Notes: a model not told the origin generated them from the letters alone. A stretch of DNA of 64,000 nt from Candidatus Marinacidobacterales bacterium (GCA_965219415.1 CBDCNP010000002.1:4480001-4544000); one strand, 5' to 3'; positions 1 to 11,473 are shown, counted from the first letter of the stretch. Translations and numbers: made by a program.

Positions 1-523
1 GCCTGTGGGTCGCCGATATCACCTACGTGCCCACGTGGTCGGGCTTCTTGTTCCTCGCCGTCGTGCTGGACGCCTTCAGCCGACGCATCGTCGGATGGGC
101 AATGGCTACCCACCTGCGGACGTCGCTCGTCTTGAGCGCCCTCGACATGGCGCTGTTCCAACGCAAGCCCGGCGACGTCATCCATCACTCGGACCAGGGC
201 ACGCAGTACACGTCACTAGCGTTCGGCCAGCGATGCCGGGAGGCCGGGGTGCGACCGTCGATGGGTTCGGTCGGGGACTGTTACGACAATGCGATGTGCG
301 AGAGCTTCTTCGCGACGCTCGAGTGCGAGCTGATCGAGCGCCGGTCGTTTCGCTACCACGCTGAGGCGCGCATGGCGACCTTCGATTTCATCGAAGGCTG
401 GTACAACCCGCGACGACGACACTCCGCCATCGACTATTGCTCGCCTATCCAATTCGAAAGGAGGTACTATCGCGACGCTTGATCCCTAACTCTTAACCTG
501 TCCACGAAAGCGGGGTCACTTCA
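1..523 (+). mobile_element. IS3-family element, 3' part (OrfB rve C-terminus 27..482 and right end)
   Basis: Motifs 'LDAFSRRIVGW', 'HHSDQGTQY', 'YDNAMCESFF', 'YNPRRRHS'. Right end ...CTGTCCACGAAAGCGGGGTCACTTCA ends in CA at 523. Confidence 0.9.
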
Positions 524-670
524 GTTGGTGAGATGACGCTAAGACTTTACGCTGCGTTAAATTACAGCCAGAATAGCGCTCGCGACCTTCGCCGCGCGCT
601 AAATGGAGCGTAAGCGCTGTTTTTGCAAAGGGATACGTACACATCACCAACAGCAAACAGCGCAAGCACC
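524..670 (+). mobile_element. MITE M1 (IS1-type GGTGCTT ends), 5'-truncated by the IS3 element
   Basis: Matches complete copies at 25389-25554 and 43395-43560; ends ...CGCAAGCACC. Confidence 0.85.
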
Positions 671-671
671 C

Positions 672-707
672 GGCTATTTCAAGAGGGCCGAGTTTTGGCA
701 CAGGACG
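672..707 (+). repeat. Isolated 'Y' transposon end
   Basis: TATTTCAAGAGGGCCGAGTTTTGGCACAGGACG, an end found about 21 times in the window. Confidence 0.85.
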
Positions 708-900
708 GGGTACCGCCGCGCACCTACTTGTCGCGCGTCACATCGCGTCTTGCTGCCGCCGAGCGCCCTCGGGTGTGGTAGGTTCAGCATGGGTATGGTC
801 GTTCTCCCTCTATTCTCCGTCTGTAGCCTCGTTTTCGTTCTCCTTGTTTTGGATAGATTCCAGGTTAAAATGTTGCCAAGTTCGAGCGTTATTTCCCTCT

Positions 901-1695
901 GTGAAAGATAAAGCGCCTCAGCACGCACGGCCGAGCGATGCGACCGAACCCACCGCACCCGAGCCCACCTACGCCGAAAGAGCGCGAACCCTGGTGCACG
1001 TCGGTCGGGTGGGAACCCTGTCGACGCTGTCGCAGAAAGTGGCTGAGTTCCCGTTCGGCTCGGTTGCGCCTTACGGCCTCGATGAGCGCGGTTGCCCGAC
1101 GTTTCTCATTAGCACCATGGCAATGCACACCCAAAACGTGCTCGCGAACGATCGCGCCAGCCTTCTCGTTACCGAAGCCGGCGCAGCCGAGGATCCTCTG
1201 GGCGCGGGACGTGTCACCCTCGTCGGCCACGTGGCGAAAACACCCGAGTCCGCGCTCGCGCACGTACGCCAAGAGTACTTGGTGCGTTACCAAAACGCGT
1301 CTTATTGGGTCGACTTCAAAGACTTCGCTTTTTTCCAAATGGACATCGTCGACGTGTACTTCGTCGGTGGATTCGGGGTCATGGGATGGGTGGGCGCCGA
1401 TGACTATCGTACTGCCGAGCCCGATCCGCTCGCAGATGCTGCGTTTGGCATCATCGAGCACATGAACGAAGATCACGTGGACGCGATGCTGTTGCTCGCG
1501 CGCGCTGTCGCCGGCATCGAAGCTGAAGACGCGAAGATGACTGCCGTCGACCGTCTCGGCTTCCACGTGCGCTTGACCACCGACGACGAGATGAAAGGGA
1601 TACGCGTGCCATTCACGCGCGAGGTGCGTAGCAGGGAGGAAGTCCGAACCGTTATCGTGGAGATGGTACGTCGGGAGGGAGGCGCCGCCGGCTAG
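901..1695 (+). CDS. HugZ-like pyridoxamine 5'-phosphate oxidase family protein with C-terminal DUF2470
   Basis: 'GTLSTLS..FPFGSVAPY', 'HTQNV..RASLLV', 'YFVGGFG..GWV', 'IIEHMNEDH', 'VDRLGF'. GTG at 901 is the likely start (ORF open from 775). Confidence 0.85.
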   Translation: MKDKAPQHARPSDATEPTAPEPTYAERARTLVHVGRVGTLSTLSQKVAEFPFGSVAPYGLDERGCPTFLISTMAMHTQNVLANDRASLLVTEAGAAEDPLGAGRVTLVGHVAKTPESALAHVRQEYLVRYQNASYWVDFKDFAFFQMDIVDVYFVGGFGVMGWVGADDYRTAEPDPLADAAFGIIEHMNEDHVDAMLLLARAVAGIEAEDAKMTAVDRLGFHVRLTTDDEMKGIRVPFTREVRSREEVRTVIVEMVRREGGAAG

Positions 1696-1839
1696 AGCAG
1701 CGTATCAAGGTTGCATACGAGAGCTGATAGTACGGGCATTTTTTCCCGAAGGCTCGACATCAGCTCAGTCGTACTTGACGAGAAAAAGTGATTTCATGAC
1801 CAAGGATGACTACTGCTTCGCCGACTCGATCAACCGACC

Positions 1840-2006
1840 GGTGCTTACTCCGTTTACTGTTGCCGGCTCGTCCATGTCGTCGTGTGAGGACGGCGCTTAT
1901 GCACGGTTTGGCGCAAGCTGAAGTCCAGTGACGTTAAAATCTGATGTAATCTACTGCACTAAAAAGCCTTCCCCGTATGCTAGCAACAGTCAATGACGAA
2001 AGCATC
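1840..2006 (+). mobile_element. MITE M5: degenerate IS1-type ends, interior different from M1
   Basis: Starts GGTGCTTACTCCGTTTACTGTTG, ends CAACAGTCAATGACGAAAGCATC. Interior is repeated in reverse at ~10905-11046. Confidence 0.7.
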
Positions 2007-2303
2007 GCCCAAAGCCTGGGCCGATCGTCCTCAGAGAGCTTGAGACGCTTGCCCCGAAGCCCGGCTCGGAGCACGCGGTTCTCCTCTTGCAGGTGGTCGA
2101 TCACATCCTGCTGCTGGCGGTTGACCCAGCCAGCCAGAACGAGCACTAGGAATTACACGTGGTACGTCATCATGGAGCTGAAAGATAACACCCTCGGGGC
2201 CAGACGATTGTAAAGCCTACGGCCCTTGGCCCGGTCGCAAACACAGACACTAAGCTGCTGATTTATGGTCTATTTCAAAAGGGCCGAGTTTTGGCACAGG
2301 ACG
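2007..2303 (-). mobile_element. Left end ('Y') plus N-terminal fragment of an rve integrase element
   Basis: '[32 protein letters not shown]' matches 38271-38675; the Y end terminates at 2303. Confidence 0.85.
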
Positions 2304-2343
2304 CCGTCGGGAATCGCTCCCGATCCAAGGAAGAGGCGTATCG

Positions 2344-2682
2344 ATGAACATTGAAGTTGTTGAAGAACGAGACAACGACGTCTTGGTACTGTTGCCGGTC
2401 GGCCGGCTCGACAGCACGAACGCACGCGCATTCGAATCCATCGTCATGGATCACATCAGCAAAGGCGAACAGCGCTTGATCGTCGATTTCAGCCGTCTGA
2501 ACTTCATCAGTAGTTTCGGCCTGAGGGTGCTTCTCATCACGGCCAAGAAGCTCAGCGCAACCCAGGGGAAGCTCGTCCTGTGCGACATGCATGAGCACAT
2601 CCATGAAGTTTTCATGATCAGCGGCTTCGATCAGCTCATCCCGATCCAGAACTCCCGTAAGGCTTCCATGAATTTGTTCTGA
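2344..2682 (+). CDS. STAS-domain anti-sigma factor antagonist
   Basis: 'GRLDSTNA', 'IVDFSRLNFISSFGLRVLL', 'EVFMISGF'; upstream AGGAAGAGG. Confidence 0.9.
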   Translation: MNIEVVEERDNDVLVLLPVGRLDSTNARAFESIVMDHISKGEQRLIVDFSRLNFISSFGLRVLLITAKKLSATQGKLVLCDMHEHIHEVFMISGFDQLIPIQNSRKASMNLF

Positions 2683-2710
2683 CCGCACCCCGATCCTTGC
2701 ACAGTGCGGC

Positions 2711-3996
2711 TGTCCATCATCATTATTAATCCGGGACTGGACTCTAGGGCCCGGACCGCCCTCGAGCACATGCTGGAGAGCGTGGTCAGCGCGCGAGGGA
2801 AGGTGCTGAGGACGAACTTCTCGGCGACCAGCCGAGTAACGCGAGCGACCAAGCTGACTCAGGCTGCCTCTCGCCACTCGTATCGATGGTGCAGTCCACC
2901 GACTCGCGGCAGTGCGACTACTTTCGCCGTAGGAGACGGTCGGTGCGTGACCGTTCTCAAGCTCGGTGTGTCCTTGTTCAGCCCCAAGTGGCAACGGTCC
3001 TCATGATAGTAGCTGATGTAAGCTCGCACGAGCCGGATGAGATGACATGCACCGAGAACCACGACGTGCTCAAGGAGCTCGCGACGGCAGCTGCCGACCC
3101 ACCGCTCCGCGGTTCCGTTTTGCCATGGGCTGCGAAACGAAGTGCGAACGGGTTTTGTGCCCGTTGCCTTGATGAACTCGATGACCGCAGCGTTAAAGAT
3201 GAAGTCGCGATCGAAGATGAGATATCTCGGAGCGGTGTCGTAGGGAAACGCCTCGCGTAGTTGCTGAATAACCCAAGCAGACGTCGGGTGGAACGTGGCG
3301 TTGAAGTGAACGATGTGCCGGCGACCGTGCTCGATGACGAAGAAGCCGTACAGCAGCCGGAGCGACGCGGTGGGCACGGTGAACAGATCCATGGCGGCGA
3401 TATCGTCTTTATGGTTGCGCAAGAAAGCCATCCATCGTTTCAGCTGGTCGGGCTCCGCGGGACGCCGCGGCAGGTATCGCGACACCGTGCTCTCGGAGAT
3501 GATGAAACCGAGCTTGGTGAGCTCAGCATGGATGCGTGGCGCCCCCCAGCCGTCTTGCGCCATCGTGCGGACGAGGCGACGAATCTCAGCATCAATCCGA
3601 GGCCGACCGGGATGGCAGCGCTGCGAGATATTTGCCCAGTACCGTCGGAATCGGTCGCGATGCCAACGGGCTACGGTGTCCGCGTGGACGATGAGCAGGC
3701 GGCTCGCCCACACGGGCCACGAACCTCGAAGGGCAACCCAGAAAGCCCGTTCCGTGTCGTCGAGCGGTGGGCGTGGGCGCTCTTTCTTCAGCGCCGTCAC
3801 TTGCTGCCGCAAAGCGACGTTCTCCAACACCAGGTCGGCGCGGCGCCGACACATCGCCCGAATGGCACGGACGCCAAGTGAGACGAGGAAGACAACAACG
3901 TTGAGCATAGCGGCGGAGTTTCGCCGTCTTCGGCCCGGAATTCAAGCGGAGCGTAAGTCCTTGATTTCGTGGGCGGAGCAGTTTTGACGATGCACA
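2711..3996 (-). mobile_element. IS481/IS3-like rve IS, copy 1 (transposase 2859..3908, 349 aa)
   Basis: Ends TGTGCATCGTCAAAACT / TGTCCATCATCATTAT; DDE motifs 'AMDLF', 'IFDRD', 'QNGTAERW'; C-terminus 'GGLHHRYEWREAA'; no TSD. Confidence 0.95.
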
Positions 3997-4745
3997 AGTC
4001 CACGGGCCGCTGGATCCACCCGACCGGCACACGGACCTGTACCGTGGCGCACCGGTTCCCTGCTCGCCCGGGTGCCAGGATACGCTAAAGGGCAAGCCAG
4101 CCCTGACGCTGACCAAGCCCCCGAGTCCCGGAGACGGACTCTCTGATGAAGCTATCCGCAAAAAATTGAGACTTCTGAAGTCGGTCGACGAGGGTGTGGG
4201 ACGGATTCTCAGGACGCTGGCGCAGGAAGGAGTCCTAGACCAAACAGCCGTCATTCTCACGAGCGACAACGGGTTCTTCTTGCGGGAGCACGGTCTGCGT
4301 GACAAGCGCTGGGCATACGAGGAAGCGATCCGCATTCCACTCCTCGTGCGTTACCCTCCGCTCACACGTCCAGGGGCGAGAATCGACCAGATCGTCCTGA
4401 ACGTGGACTTGGCCCCTACGCTGCTTGAACTTGGGGGTGTGCCCGTTCCTGCCGAGGTGCACGGTCGTTCGTTTTTGCCGCTCCTGAAAGGAAAGAAGGA
4501 AGGGTGGAGGGACATGTTCGCGGCCGAGTATTTCAGAGAGAGCCGTTTCCCACGCACCCCTACATGGGAAGCGCTCCGAACGGAGCGCTGGAAATACATT
4601 CGATACCCTGAGTTGGGTATGGAATACGATGAACTCTACAATCTACGGAGCGATCCCTACGAACTCCGGAACGTGGTGAACGATATGAGATTGACAGACC
4701 TGCTGGAAAGACTTCGGAAAAGGCTGACTCGGCTTCTAACATTTC
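3997..4745 (+). pseudogene. Sulfatase C-terminal fragment, 5'-truncated by the IS
   Basis: 'SVDEGVGRIL', 'LTSDNG', 'DKRWAYEEAIRIPL', 'NVDLAPTLL', 'ELYNLRSDPYE' (ORF 4166..4969). Confidence 0.85.
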
Positions 4746-4912
4746 CTCCGCGTGCTGCCTTCGACGATTCAGCCCTCAGCAGCAGCTCACCGGTGCTTCT
4801 GCTATCAAGTGTTGCACTGACGGCTTCGACTACTCTACTCGCTGAAAGTTCTGGCCATGGCCAAGACCGCTGTGAGGCCGTCTCCGGTTGTACTCTCGTG
4901 TCTCGAGTTGGT

Positions 4913-4963
4913 CGTGAGGTCAAAATATTCATGCGGCTTCCCGATGGTAGAAACGTAGCAACC
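4913..4963 (-). repeat. 'V' transposon end (right end of a second rve element)
   Basis: CGTGAGGTCAAAATATTCATGCGGCTTCCCGATGG; reverse strand encodes 'YHREAA*'. Also ends at 16210, 16625, 17778 and 25646. Confidence 0.8.
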
Positions 4964-4974
4964 CCGTGAGGTAT

Positions 4975-5035
4975 CAGCCCTTGTCAGCACCGAACGACTG
5001 AGATACAACGTGGTACTAACCATGGGGTCAGGTCA
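4975..5035 (-). repeat. IS3-like terminal fragment (TGACCTGACCCC end)
   Basis: Reverse complement of part of the repeats at 23692-23796 and 39269-39372. Confidence 0.7.
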
Positions 5036-5052
5036 CCTTTCACGGACAGGAG

Positions 5053-6063
5053 GGTGCTTCCGCCATCAAGTGTTGCTACGCGGCCGCGGGCAGTGGTACA
5101 GGTGCGGAAGAGAGCGGGTTGCGCGCCCCAGTGAGCACGAAAACCTCGATCCGCGACCACAAAGGAATCGTCGTCACCAAGAAGATGTCTCGAAAGGTGA
5201 GCCGTCGCGTGGTCAGACCGGCCTGCATAGCCGGAGTTCGGATCTCACGTCCGAACTTCAGAGCTCCGTGCGGTCGGACGAAGTTGTAATAGCAACGGAG
5301 CAACTCCAGGTGCTCATTGAGCCTCTCCGTCGAGCGAGCGTGAGAAAGTATTCGTCTCGAAAGGTATGCCGAGCTTTGCCGGATGGTCAGATTCAACCGC
5401 TCGATGAACGACGTGTTCAATGTCGAGGAGTCCTCGGAGTTATTGAGCGCGTCTTCAAATCGCCACGCGGCTCCGTGCAGCGCTCTCCGTTCGACCTTGA
5501 TGATGCGATCGTTCCTGCGCGTTTTTAGGACCTGGCCGTAGAGACACGCTGGACCGAAGAAGCGACGGATGACTTTCTGGTAGAATTCGAATCCATCCGT
5601 GACGATCAGGGGAAGACGTCCGAAATTCATCCGTCTCGAAAGGTCGCAAAACAGAGCGTGAGTGTTCCGGTAGCTTCGCCTTCCCGTCACCGTCGATGGC
5701 CAGAGCCGAGACCAGACTTCGATTGTAACGAAGACCCAACTCGGTGTCTTCTTGTTGCCCGCGAACGTGCGAATCTCGTCGGCTTGAAGCTCTTCGGCAG
5801 CGAAGCCAGCGATCCTTCTGTGATTGAATCGACGACACACTTGGGCTGCCTTCTCGAGCCAGCGGGCGACGGTGTTCCAGGCAATCCCTTTGATCCGGGA
5901 AATCGAGGAAATGCTGACACCCTCGACTCTGAGAGCGATGACCCCATCGAAAATAGCTCTTCGATGTTGGAGACGGTAGTAGGGCGTGCCTTTCGTCGAG
6001 GAGAACGTCTTTCCGCACTCGCCGCACCGGTATCGAAGGCGTTTCCCGGACCTCGTCCTGTGC
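5053..6063 (-). mobile_element. IS1-family element copy A (fused InsA/InsB transposase, 5'-truncated)
   Basis: 'RYRCGECGKTFS' zinc ribbon, 'LQADEIRTF', 'IVTDGF', 'NTSFIERLNLTIR'; right end GGTGCTTCCGCCATCAAGTGTTG. Confidence 0.9.
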
Positions 6064-6883
6064 GGTGCTTCCGCCATCAAGTGTTGCTACGCGGCTGCGG
6101 GCAGTGGTACAGGTGCGGAAGAGACCGGGTTGCGCGCCCTACTGAGCACGAAAACCTCGATCCGCGACCACAAAGGAATCGTCATCGCCAAGAAGATGTC
6201 TCGAAAGGTGAGCCGTCGCGTGGTCAGACCAGCCTGCATAGCCGGAGTTCGGATCTCACGTCCGAACTTCAGAGCTCCGTGCGGTCGGACGAAGTTGTAA
6301 TAGCAACGGAGCAACTCCAGGTGCTCATCGAGCCTCTCCGTCGAGCGAGCGTGGGAAAGCGTTCGTCTCGAAAGGTATGCCGAGCTTTGCCGGATGGTCA
6401 GATTCAACCGCTCGATGAACGACGTGTTCAATGTCGAGGAGTCCTCGGAGTTATTGAGCGCGTCTTCGAATCGCCACGCGGCTCCGTGCAGCGCTCTGCG
6501 TTCGACCTTGATGATACGATCGTTCCTGCGCGTCTTGAGGACCTGGCCGTAGAGACACGCTGGACCGAAGAAGCGACGGATGACCTTCTGGTAGAATTCG
6601 AATCCATCCGTGACGATCAAGGGAAGACGCTCGAAATTCATCCGCCTCGAAAGGTCGCGAAACAGAGCGTGAGTGTTCCGGTAGCTTCGCCTTCCCGTCA
6701 CCGTCGATGGCCAGAGCCGAGACCAGACCTCGATCGTAACGAAGACCCAACTCGGCGTCTTCTTGTTGCCCGCGAACGTGCGAATCTCGTCGGCTTGAAG
6801 CTCTTCGGCAGCGAAGCCGGCGATCCTTCTGTGATTGAATCGACGACACACTTGGGCTGCCTTCTCGAGCCAACGGGCGACGG
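6064..6883 (-). mobile_element. IS1-family element copy B, truncated by MITE M2
   Basis: Near-identical tandem copy of A, cut exactly at the CGT of the Y end (6884). Confidence 0.9.
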
Positions 6884-7030
6884 CGTCCTGTGCCAAAACT
6901 CGGCCCTTTTGAAATAGACCACAAATCAGCAGCTTAGACGCCCTTGGAATCCGCGCAGAATCCAGGGTATTTCGCGCCGCAGGGCTGACTTCCGACCCAT
7001 GGGCTGGCGGATGAATAAATAGAAGGCACA
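6884..7030 (-). mobile_element. MITE M2 (147 bp, X end to Y end)
   Basis: CGTCCTGTGCCAAAACTC...GATGAATAAATAGAAGGCACA; copies at 17373, 20794, 23358 and 57226. Confidence 0.9.
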
Positions 7031-7693
7031 CCCGGGTCCTGCGCCTGATGCGGGACGCGCAGCTGCTGGCGCCCCAGCGGCAAGCGGCGCCCGTCGTCGA
7101 GAAGGCGCATACCGGAACCATCGTGACCGAGCGCCCGAATCAGATGTGGGGCATTGACGCCACGGCCACCGTGACGATCGAGGCGGGCCAGGTCACCGTG
7201 TTCGCCGCGGTCGATCATTGCACTGCGGAGTGTGTCGGCATCCATGCGGTCAAACGGGCGACTCGTTTTCAGGCCCTGGATCCGATCCGGCAAGGCGTTA
7301 ACGAGCACTTCGGCGGCTTTCACGCCCATGGCGCGACAGGACTCCAGCTTCGCCACGATCAACGGATCGCAGTTCATGAGAGATGACTTTCAGAACGAAA
7401 TCCGGTTCCTCGGGATCGAGTCCTCGCCCGCCTTTGTCCGTGAACCCGAGGGCAACGGCTGCATCGAACGTCTTTTCAAAACGCTCAAGGAACAATTGCT
7501 CTGGGTTCGCCACTTCCGTTCCATACCGGAACTGTTTCACGCCCTTCAGGAGTTCCGCGCTCTCTACAACCGATCCTGGTTGATCGAGCGCCTTGGATTT
7601 CAATCTCCGGTTCAGGCGCGAGAACGTCTTGCGCTCGAACCGGCTGCTTGATTATAGTGGGCTTATTCTGTCCAAGAAATCAGGGGCGCAACA
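7031..7693 (+). pseudogene. IS3-family transposase 3' fragment, frameshifted near 7360, with right end
   Basis: 'PNQMWGIDAT', 'PEGNGCIERLFKTLKE'; end ...CTGTCCAAGAAATCAGGGGCGCAACA. Confidence 0.85.
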
Positions 7694-7695
7694 GA

Positions 7696-7807
7696 CTTAC
7701 GCTCCATTTAGCGCGCAGCGAAGGTCACCAGCGCTATTTTGGCTGTAATTTAATGCACCGTAAGGGTCTTAGCGCTATCTCACCAACACTTAATTGCGGG
7801 AGCAACC
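7696..7807 (-). mobile_element. Degenerate partial MITE M1
   Basis: CTTACGCTCCATTTAGCGCGC...CAACACTTAATTGCGGGAGCAACC. Confidence 0.75.
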
Positions 7808-7844
7808 TTAGAGTCCGATGGGTTCCGACCGATGTGCCGATTCC

Positions 7845-8534
7845 TTACCGGCGGATCAATTCGTCGAGCCAGTCTCGCAATAGATCGGTCTGAAATTCCT
7901 TGCCGAAGCGACGAAACAACTCCTGGCTGGCACAAATCGCAAGGCTCCTTGGTTCTGCGACCAGCTCGCCGCTCGGTACGTCGAACTTCTTTGAAAACTC
8001 TCGAATGCGAGCCCTTTGCGTATCAATAAAATCGCGCGTGATACTGCTAACGACCAAATCCCTGCCCTTTAGACCTCCAAACGTGATGTCGACATGCATC
8101 CGGTCATCACCCGCGCCGGTATTGGAAAGTCTGGCAGCGAATTCGAAGATCTCCACTAACGTCAAGAGAGTGTCTTCAATTACCAGAAGATCACCGCGGC
8201 GCCAGTTCTTATCCGCTGGCCAGAGATCAGATTGATCTCGCCAGTCGTGACAGATGCCACGCAGGGATAGGAACAGTCCTGACTGGTACAGGCGCCACCA
8301 TTCGAGATGGTGCCTCCACTCGCTCTCCTGTTCCACGAAGTCGATGTCGGGAACAGGATCGGGTGTACTGGGGTCTATATGAGGATAATCCCAGCCACGC
8401 AACAAGACCTTGCACCTTTGAACAATTTGAAACAGTGATGTGATCGGCTGAACCCGATCGACCACGAAGCAACCGGGGTGAATGCTCACCTCGACGTATC
8501 CCGCCGTCTTGATCTTTTGCGTTAGATCACTCAT
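7845..8534 (-). CDS. Hypothetical protein translationally coupled to the AlbA gene (resembles the C-terminal region of longer AlbA proteins)
   Basis: ATG at 8534 overlaps the AlbA stop; 'LRGWDYPH', 'EWWRLYQSGLF'. Confidence 0.75.
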   Translation of the reverse strand: MSDLTQKIKTAGYVEVSIHPGCFVVDRVQPITSLFQIVQRCKVLLRGWDYPHIDPSTPDPVPDIDFVEQESEWRHHLEWWRLYQSGLFLSLRGICHDWRDQSDLWPADKNWRRGDLLVIEDTLLTLVEIFEFAARLSNTGAGDDRMHVDITFGGLKGRDLVVSSITRDFIDTQRARIREFSKKFDVPSGELVAEPRSLAICASQELFRRFGKEFQTDLLRDWLDELIRR

Positions 8535-9156
8535 TGAGGGCCTGAGCCTTCTGAGCTGCGAAGCGCTCAGCATCGGTAGCGAGCGCGGCTCCGGTCGCTT
8601 CGATCCCAGCTCCTCTCACGCGTATCAAGAACTCCCGTACTCCCTTTTCGACCGCTAGATCCAACAACTCTCTGAAATGGACGTAGTCGGCAACTGCCGT
8701 GGTAGCAGGGAGCTGATTGCTTCGGACATAACAGGCGCCCGCGCGCAGGATCTCGGCACCCCCAGGCGCGAGAACTGGTTTTCTACAAAGTACCGGCACG
8801 GTCTCGAATTCGTGGATCGTCAGGATTGCTATTGTTCGACCCTGGCTAGGTCCCGCCGCAATGACCATGACTTCTGTATCGACTCGAACAAACGGATCGG
8901 CGTAGCTAGCAAGAGAAGCCCGAACAGCATCTGCGTTCCGCCAGGTGTCTGCCTGGGCCGGAGTCAACCCTTGTATTTGATGGTTGTCCGAAACACCAAT
9001 GAGCACAAGGCCGCCGTCACGCTTATTCGTCATCCCTAGAACCGCGCGCGCGACTTCAGCTAATTGATGGCGATTCGTTCGAGATCTCGGTCCCTTGAAC
9101 TCCACACCACGCCGTTCACCAATGGCGACAAGCTCGATGAGTTCTTGGTCTGTCAT
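8527..9156 (-). CDS. Schlafen/AlbA_2-domain protein
   Basis: 'GERRGVEFK', 'VLGMTNKRDGGLVLIGVSD', 'YVRSN'. Confidence 0.85.
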   Translation of the reverse strand: MTDQELIELVAIGERRGVEFKGPRSRTNRHQLAEVARAVLGMTNKRDGGLVLIGVSDNHQIQGLTPAQADTWRNADAVRASLASYADPFVRVDTEVMVIAAGPSQGRTIAILTIHEFETVPVLCRKPVLAPGGAEILRAGACYVRSNQLPATTAVADYVHFRELLDLAVEKGVREFLIRVRGAGIEATGAALATDAERFAAQKAQALNE

Positions 9157-9217
9157 CGTTGGGAATATTGCTCTGGCAGATAATATAACCCGAACATTTT
9201 TACTTGCTAAAGTGAAC

Positions 9218-9333
9218 TGAACCGCCCCGGGTTTTCCGGAGACTGTTTTAGTTGAGTCTCGCCATCTCTAGCGAGCCTTCCTGCGACCGATAGTAGTTCA
9301 TCTCGTACTCGACGGGGGAGACATTTCCGATCG
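9218..9333 (-). mobile_element. IS3-family (IS51-group-like) right-end remnant
   Basis: TGAACCGCCCCGGGTTTTCCGGAGAC terminus; reverse strand encodes 'IGNVSPVEYEMNYY'. Confidence 0.8.
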
Positions 9334-10618
9334 TGTCCATCATCATTATCTGTCCGGGACTGGACTCTAGGCCCGGACTGCCCTCGAGCACATGCTGGAG
9401 AGCGTGGTCAGCGCGCGAGGGAAGGTGCTGAGGACGAACTTCTCGGCGACCAGCCGAATAACGCGAGCGACCAAGCTGACTCAGGCTGCCTCTCGCCACT
9501 CGTATCGATGGTGCAATCCACCGACTCGCGGCAGTGCGACTACTTTCGCCGTAGGAGATGGTCGGTGCGTGACCGCTCTCAAGCTCGGTGTGTCCTTGTT
9601 CAGCCCCAAGTGGCAACGGTCCTCGTGATAGTAGCTGATGTAAGCTTGCACGAGCCGGATGAGATGACATGCGCCGAGAACCACGACGTGCTCAAGGAGC
9701 TCGTGACGGCAGCTGCCGACCCACCGCTCCGCAGTTCCGTTTTGCCATGGGCTGCGAAACGAAGTGCGAACGGGTTTTGTGCCCGTTGCTTTGATGAACT
9801 CGATGACCGCAGCGCTAAAGATGAAGTCGCGATCGAAGATGAGATATTTCGGAGCAGTGTCGTAGGGAAACGCCTCACGCAGTTGCTGAATAACCCAAGC
9901 AGACGTCGGGTGGAACGTGGCGTTGAAGTGAACGATGTGCCGACGGCCGTGCTCGATGACGAAGAAGCCATACAGCAACCGGAGCGAAGCAGTGGGCACG
10001 GTGAACAGATCCATGGCGGCGATATCGTCTTTATGGTTGCGCAAGAAAGCCATCCATCGCTTCAGCTGGTCGGGCTCCGCAGGATGCCGCGGTAGGTATC
10101 GCGACACCGTAATCTCGGAGATGATGAAACCGAGCTTGGTGAGCTCAGCATGGATGCGTGGCGCCCCCCAGCCGTCTTGCGCCATCGTGCGGACGAGGCG
10201 GCGAATCTCGGCATCAATCCGAGGCCGACCGGGATGGCGGCGCTGCGACATCTTTGCCCAGTACCGTCGGAATCGGTCGCGATGCCAACGGGCCACGGTG
10301 TCCGCGTGGACGATGAGCAGGCGGCTCGCCCACACGGGCCACGAACCTCGAAGAGCAACCCAGAAAGCCCGTTCCGTGTCTCCGAGCGGTGGGCGTGGGC
10401 GCTCTTTCTTCAGCGCCGCCACTTGCTGCCGCAAAGCGACGTTCTCCAACACCAGGTCGGCGCGGCGCCGACACATCGCCCGAATGGCACGGACACCAAG
10501 TGAGACGAGGAAGACAACAACGTTGAGCATAGCGGCGGAGTTTCGCCGTCTTCGGCCCGGAATTCAAGCGGAGCGTAAGTCCTTGATTTCGTGGGCGGAG
10601 CAGTTTTGACGATGCACA
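9334..10618 (-). mobile_element. rve IS copy 2 (transposase 9481..10530)
   Basis: Same ends and ORF as copy 1; no TSD. Confidence 0.95.
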
Positions 10619-10857
10619 GGTAGAGAATTCCAGTATCTACCTAGAGGAGTTCGCGCGCACCATGGTCGGGCAAGAGGAGCTTCACCAGATGGAGCTCAAG
10701 AAGATGCTCCGCGACTACAGCGAGGCGTCCGGCACCGACTAGCCATCTCCGCATTTCGTCGATGTCCCTGGTTCGAAGCTTTTTCTACGTGTGGGAGAAG
10801 CGGCTCGCGCGGTCGAGGGCTACACACCAACATCTCCATCGACCAACTTGCCGATCG

Positions 10858-10900
10858 CGTCGTGTCCAAAAACACAAACATACTCAAGACCCACGCGCCG
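10858..10900 (+). repeat. 'U' transposon end
   Basis: CGTCGTGTCCAAAAACACAAAC..ACTCAAGACCC; also at 36384 and 49744. Confidence 0.7.
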
Positions 10901-10904
10901 GGGA

Positions 10905-11046
10905 CGCATAAGGGGAAGATTTTGTATTGCAGTAGGTTACATCAGATTCTAATATCACCGGGCTTCAGCTTGCGCCAAGCTGTGCATAAGTGCCGTCCTC
11001 GCACGACGACGTGGACGAGCCCGCAACAGTAAATGGAGCAAGCACC
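10905..11046 (-). mobile_element. Partial MITE M5
   Basis: Reverse complement of ~1840-1980; ends GGAGCAAGCACC. Confidence 0.7.
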
Positions 11047-11304
11047 CCTGGAGTTGCTCCGTTGCTATTACAACTTCGTCCGACCGCACGGAGCTCTGAA
11101 GTTCGGACGTGAGATCCGAACTCCGGCTATGCAGGCCGGTCTCACCACGCGACGGCTCACCTTTCGAGACATCTTCTTGGCGACGACGATTCCTTTGTGG
11201 TCGCGGATCGAGGTTTTCCTGCTCAGTAGGGCGCGCAACCCGGTCTCTTCCGCACCTGTACCACTGCCCGCAGCCGCGTAGCAACACTTGATGGCGGAAG
11301 CACC
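11047..11304 (+). mobile_element. IS1-family 3' fragment with right end
   Basis: 'LELLRCYYNFVRPHGALK...PAAA*' followed by CAACACTTGATGGCGGAAGCACC. Confidence 0.9.
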
Positions 11305-11473
11305 GGTTGTGCTCTGCGAAAAGTCGATCCAGCGTTGATTGCGAGGTTTAGACCTGCTATGGTCGGCTGATTCTGGCTGATCTTCTTTTTTGTGGATCAC
11401 AACCAATCCACGTCGTCCTCAACTGGTTCGAAGAGCTCAAGCGACTCGTCCCCACCAATTAGCCTAAACAAAG

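Noticed and set aside
2285-2310. TGGCAC in the Y end as a sigma-54 -24 box
   Set aside because: No correctly spaced TTGC -12 element in the copies examined.
3261-3987. Long antisense and alternate-frame ORFs in IS copies (also 5658..6917, 27251..28618)
   Set aside because: Shadow ORFs of GC-rich transposase genes, repeated only because the IS is repeated.
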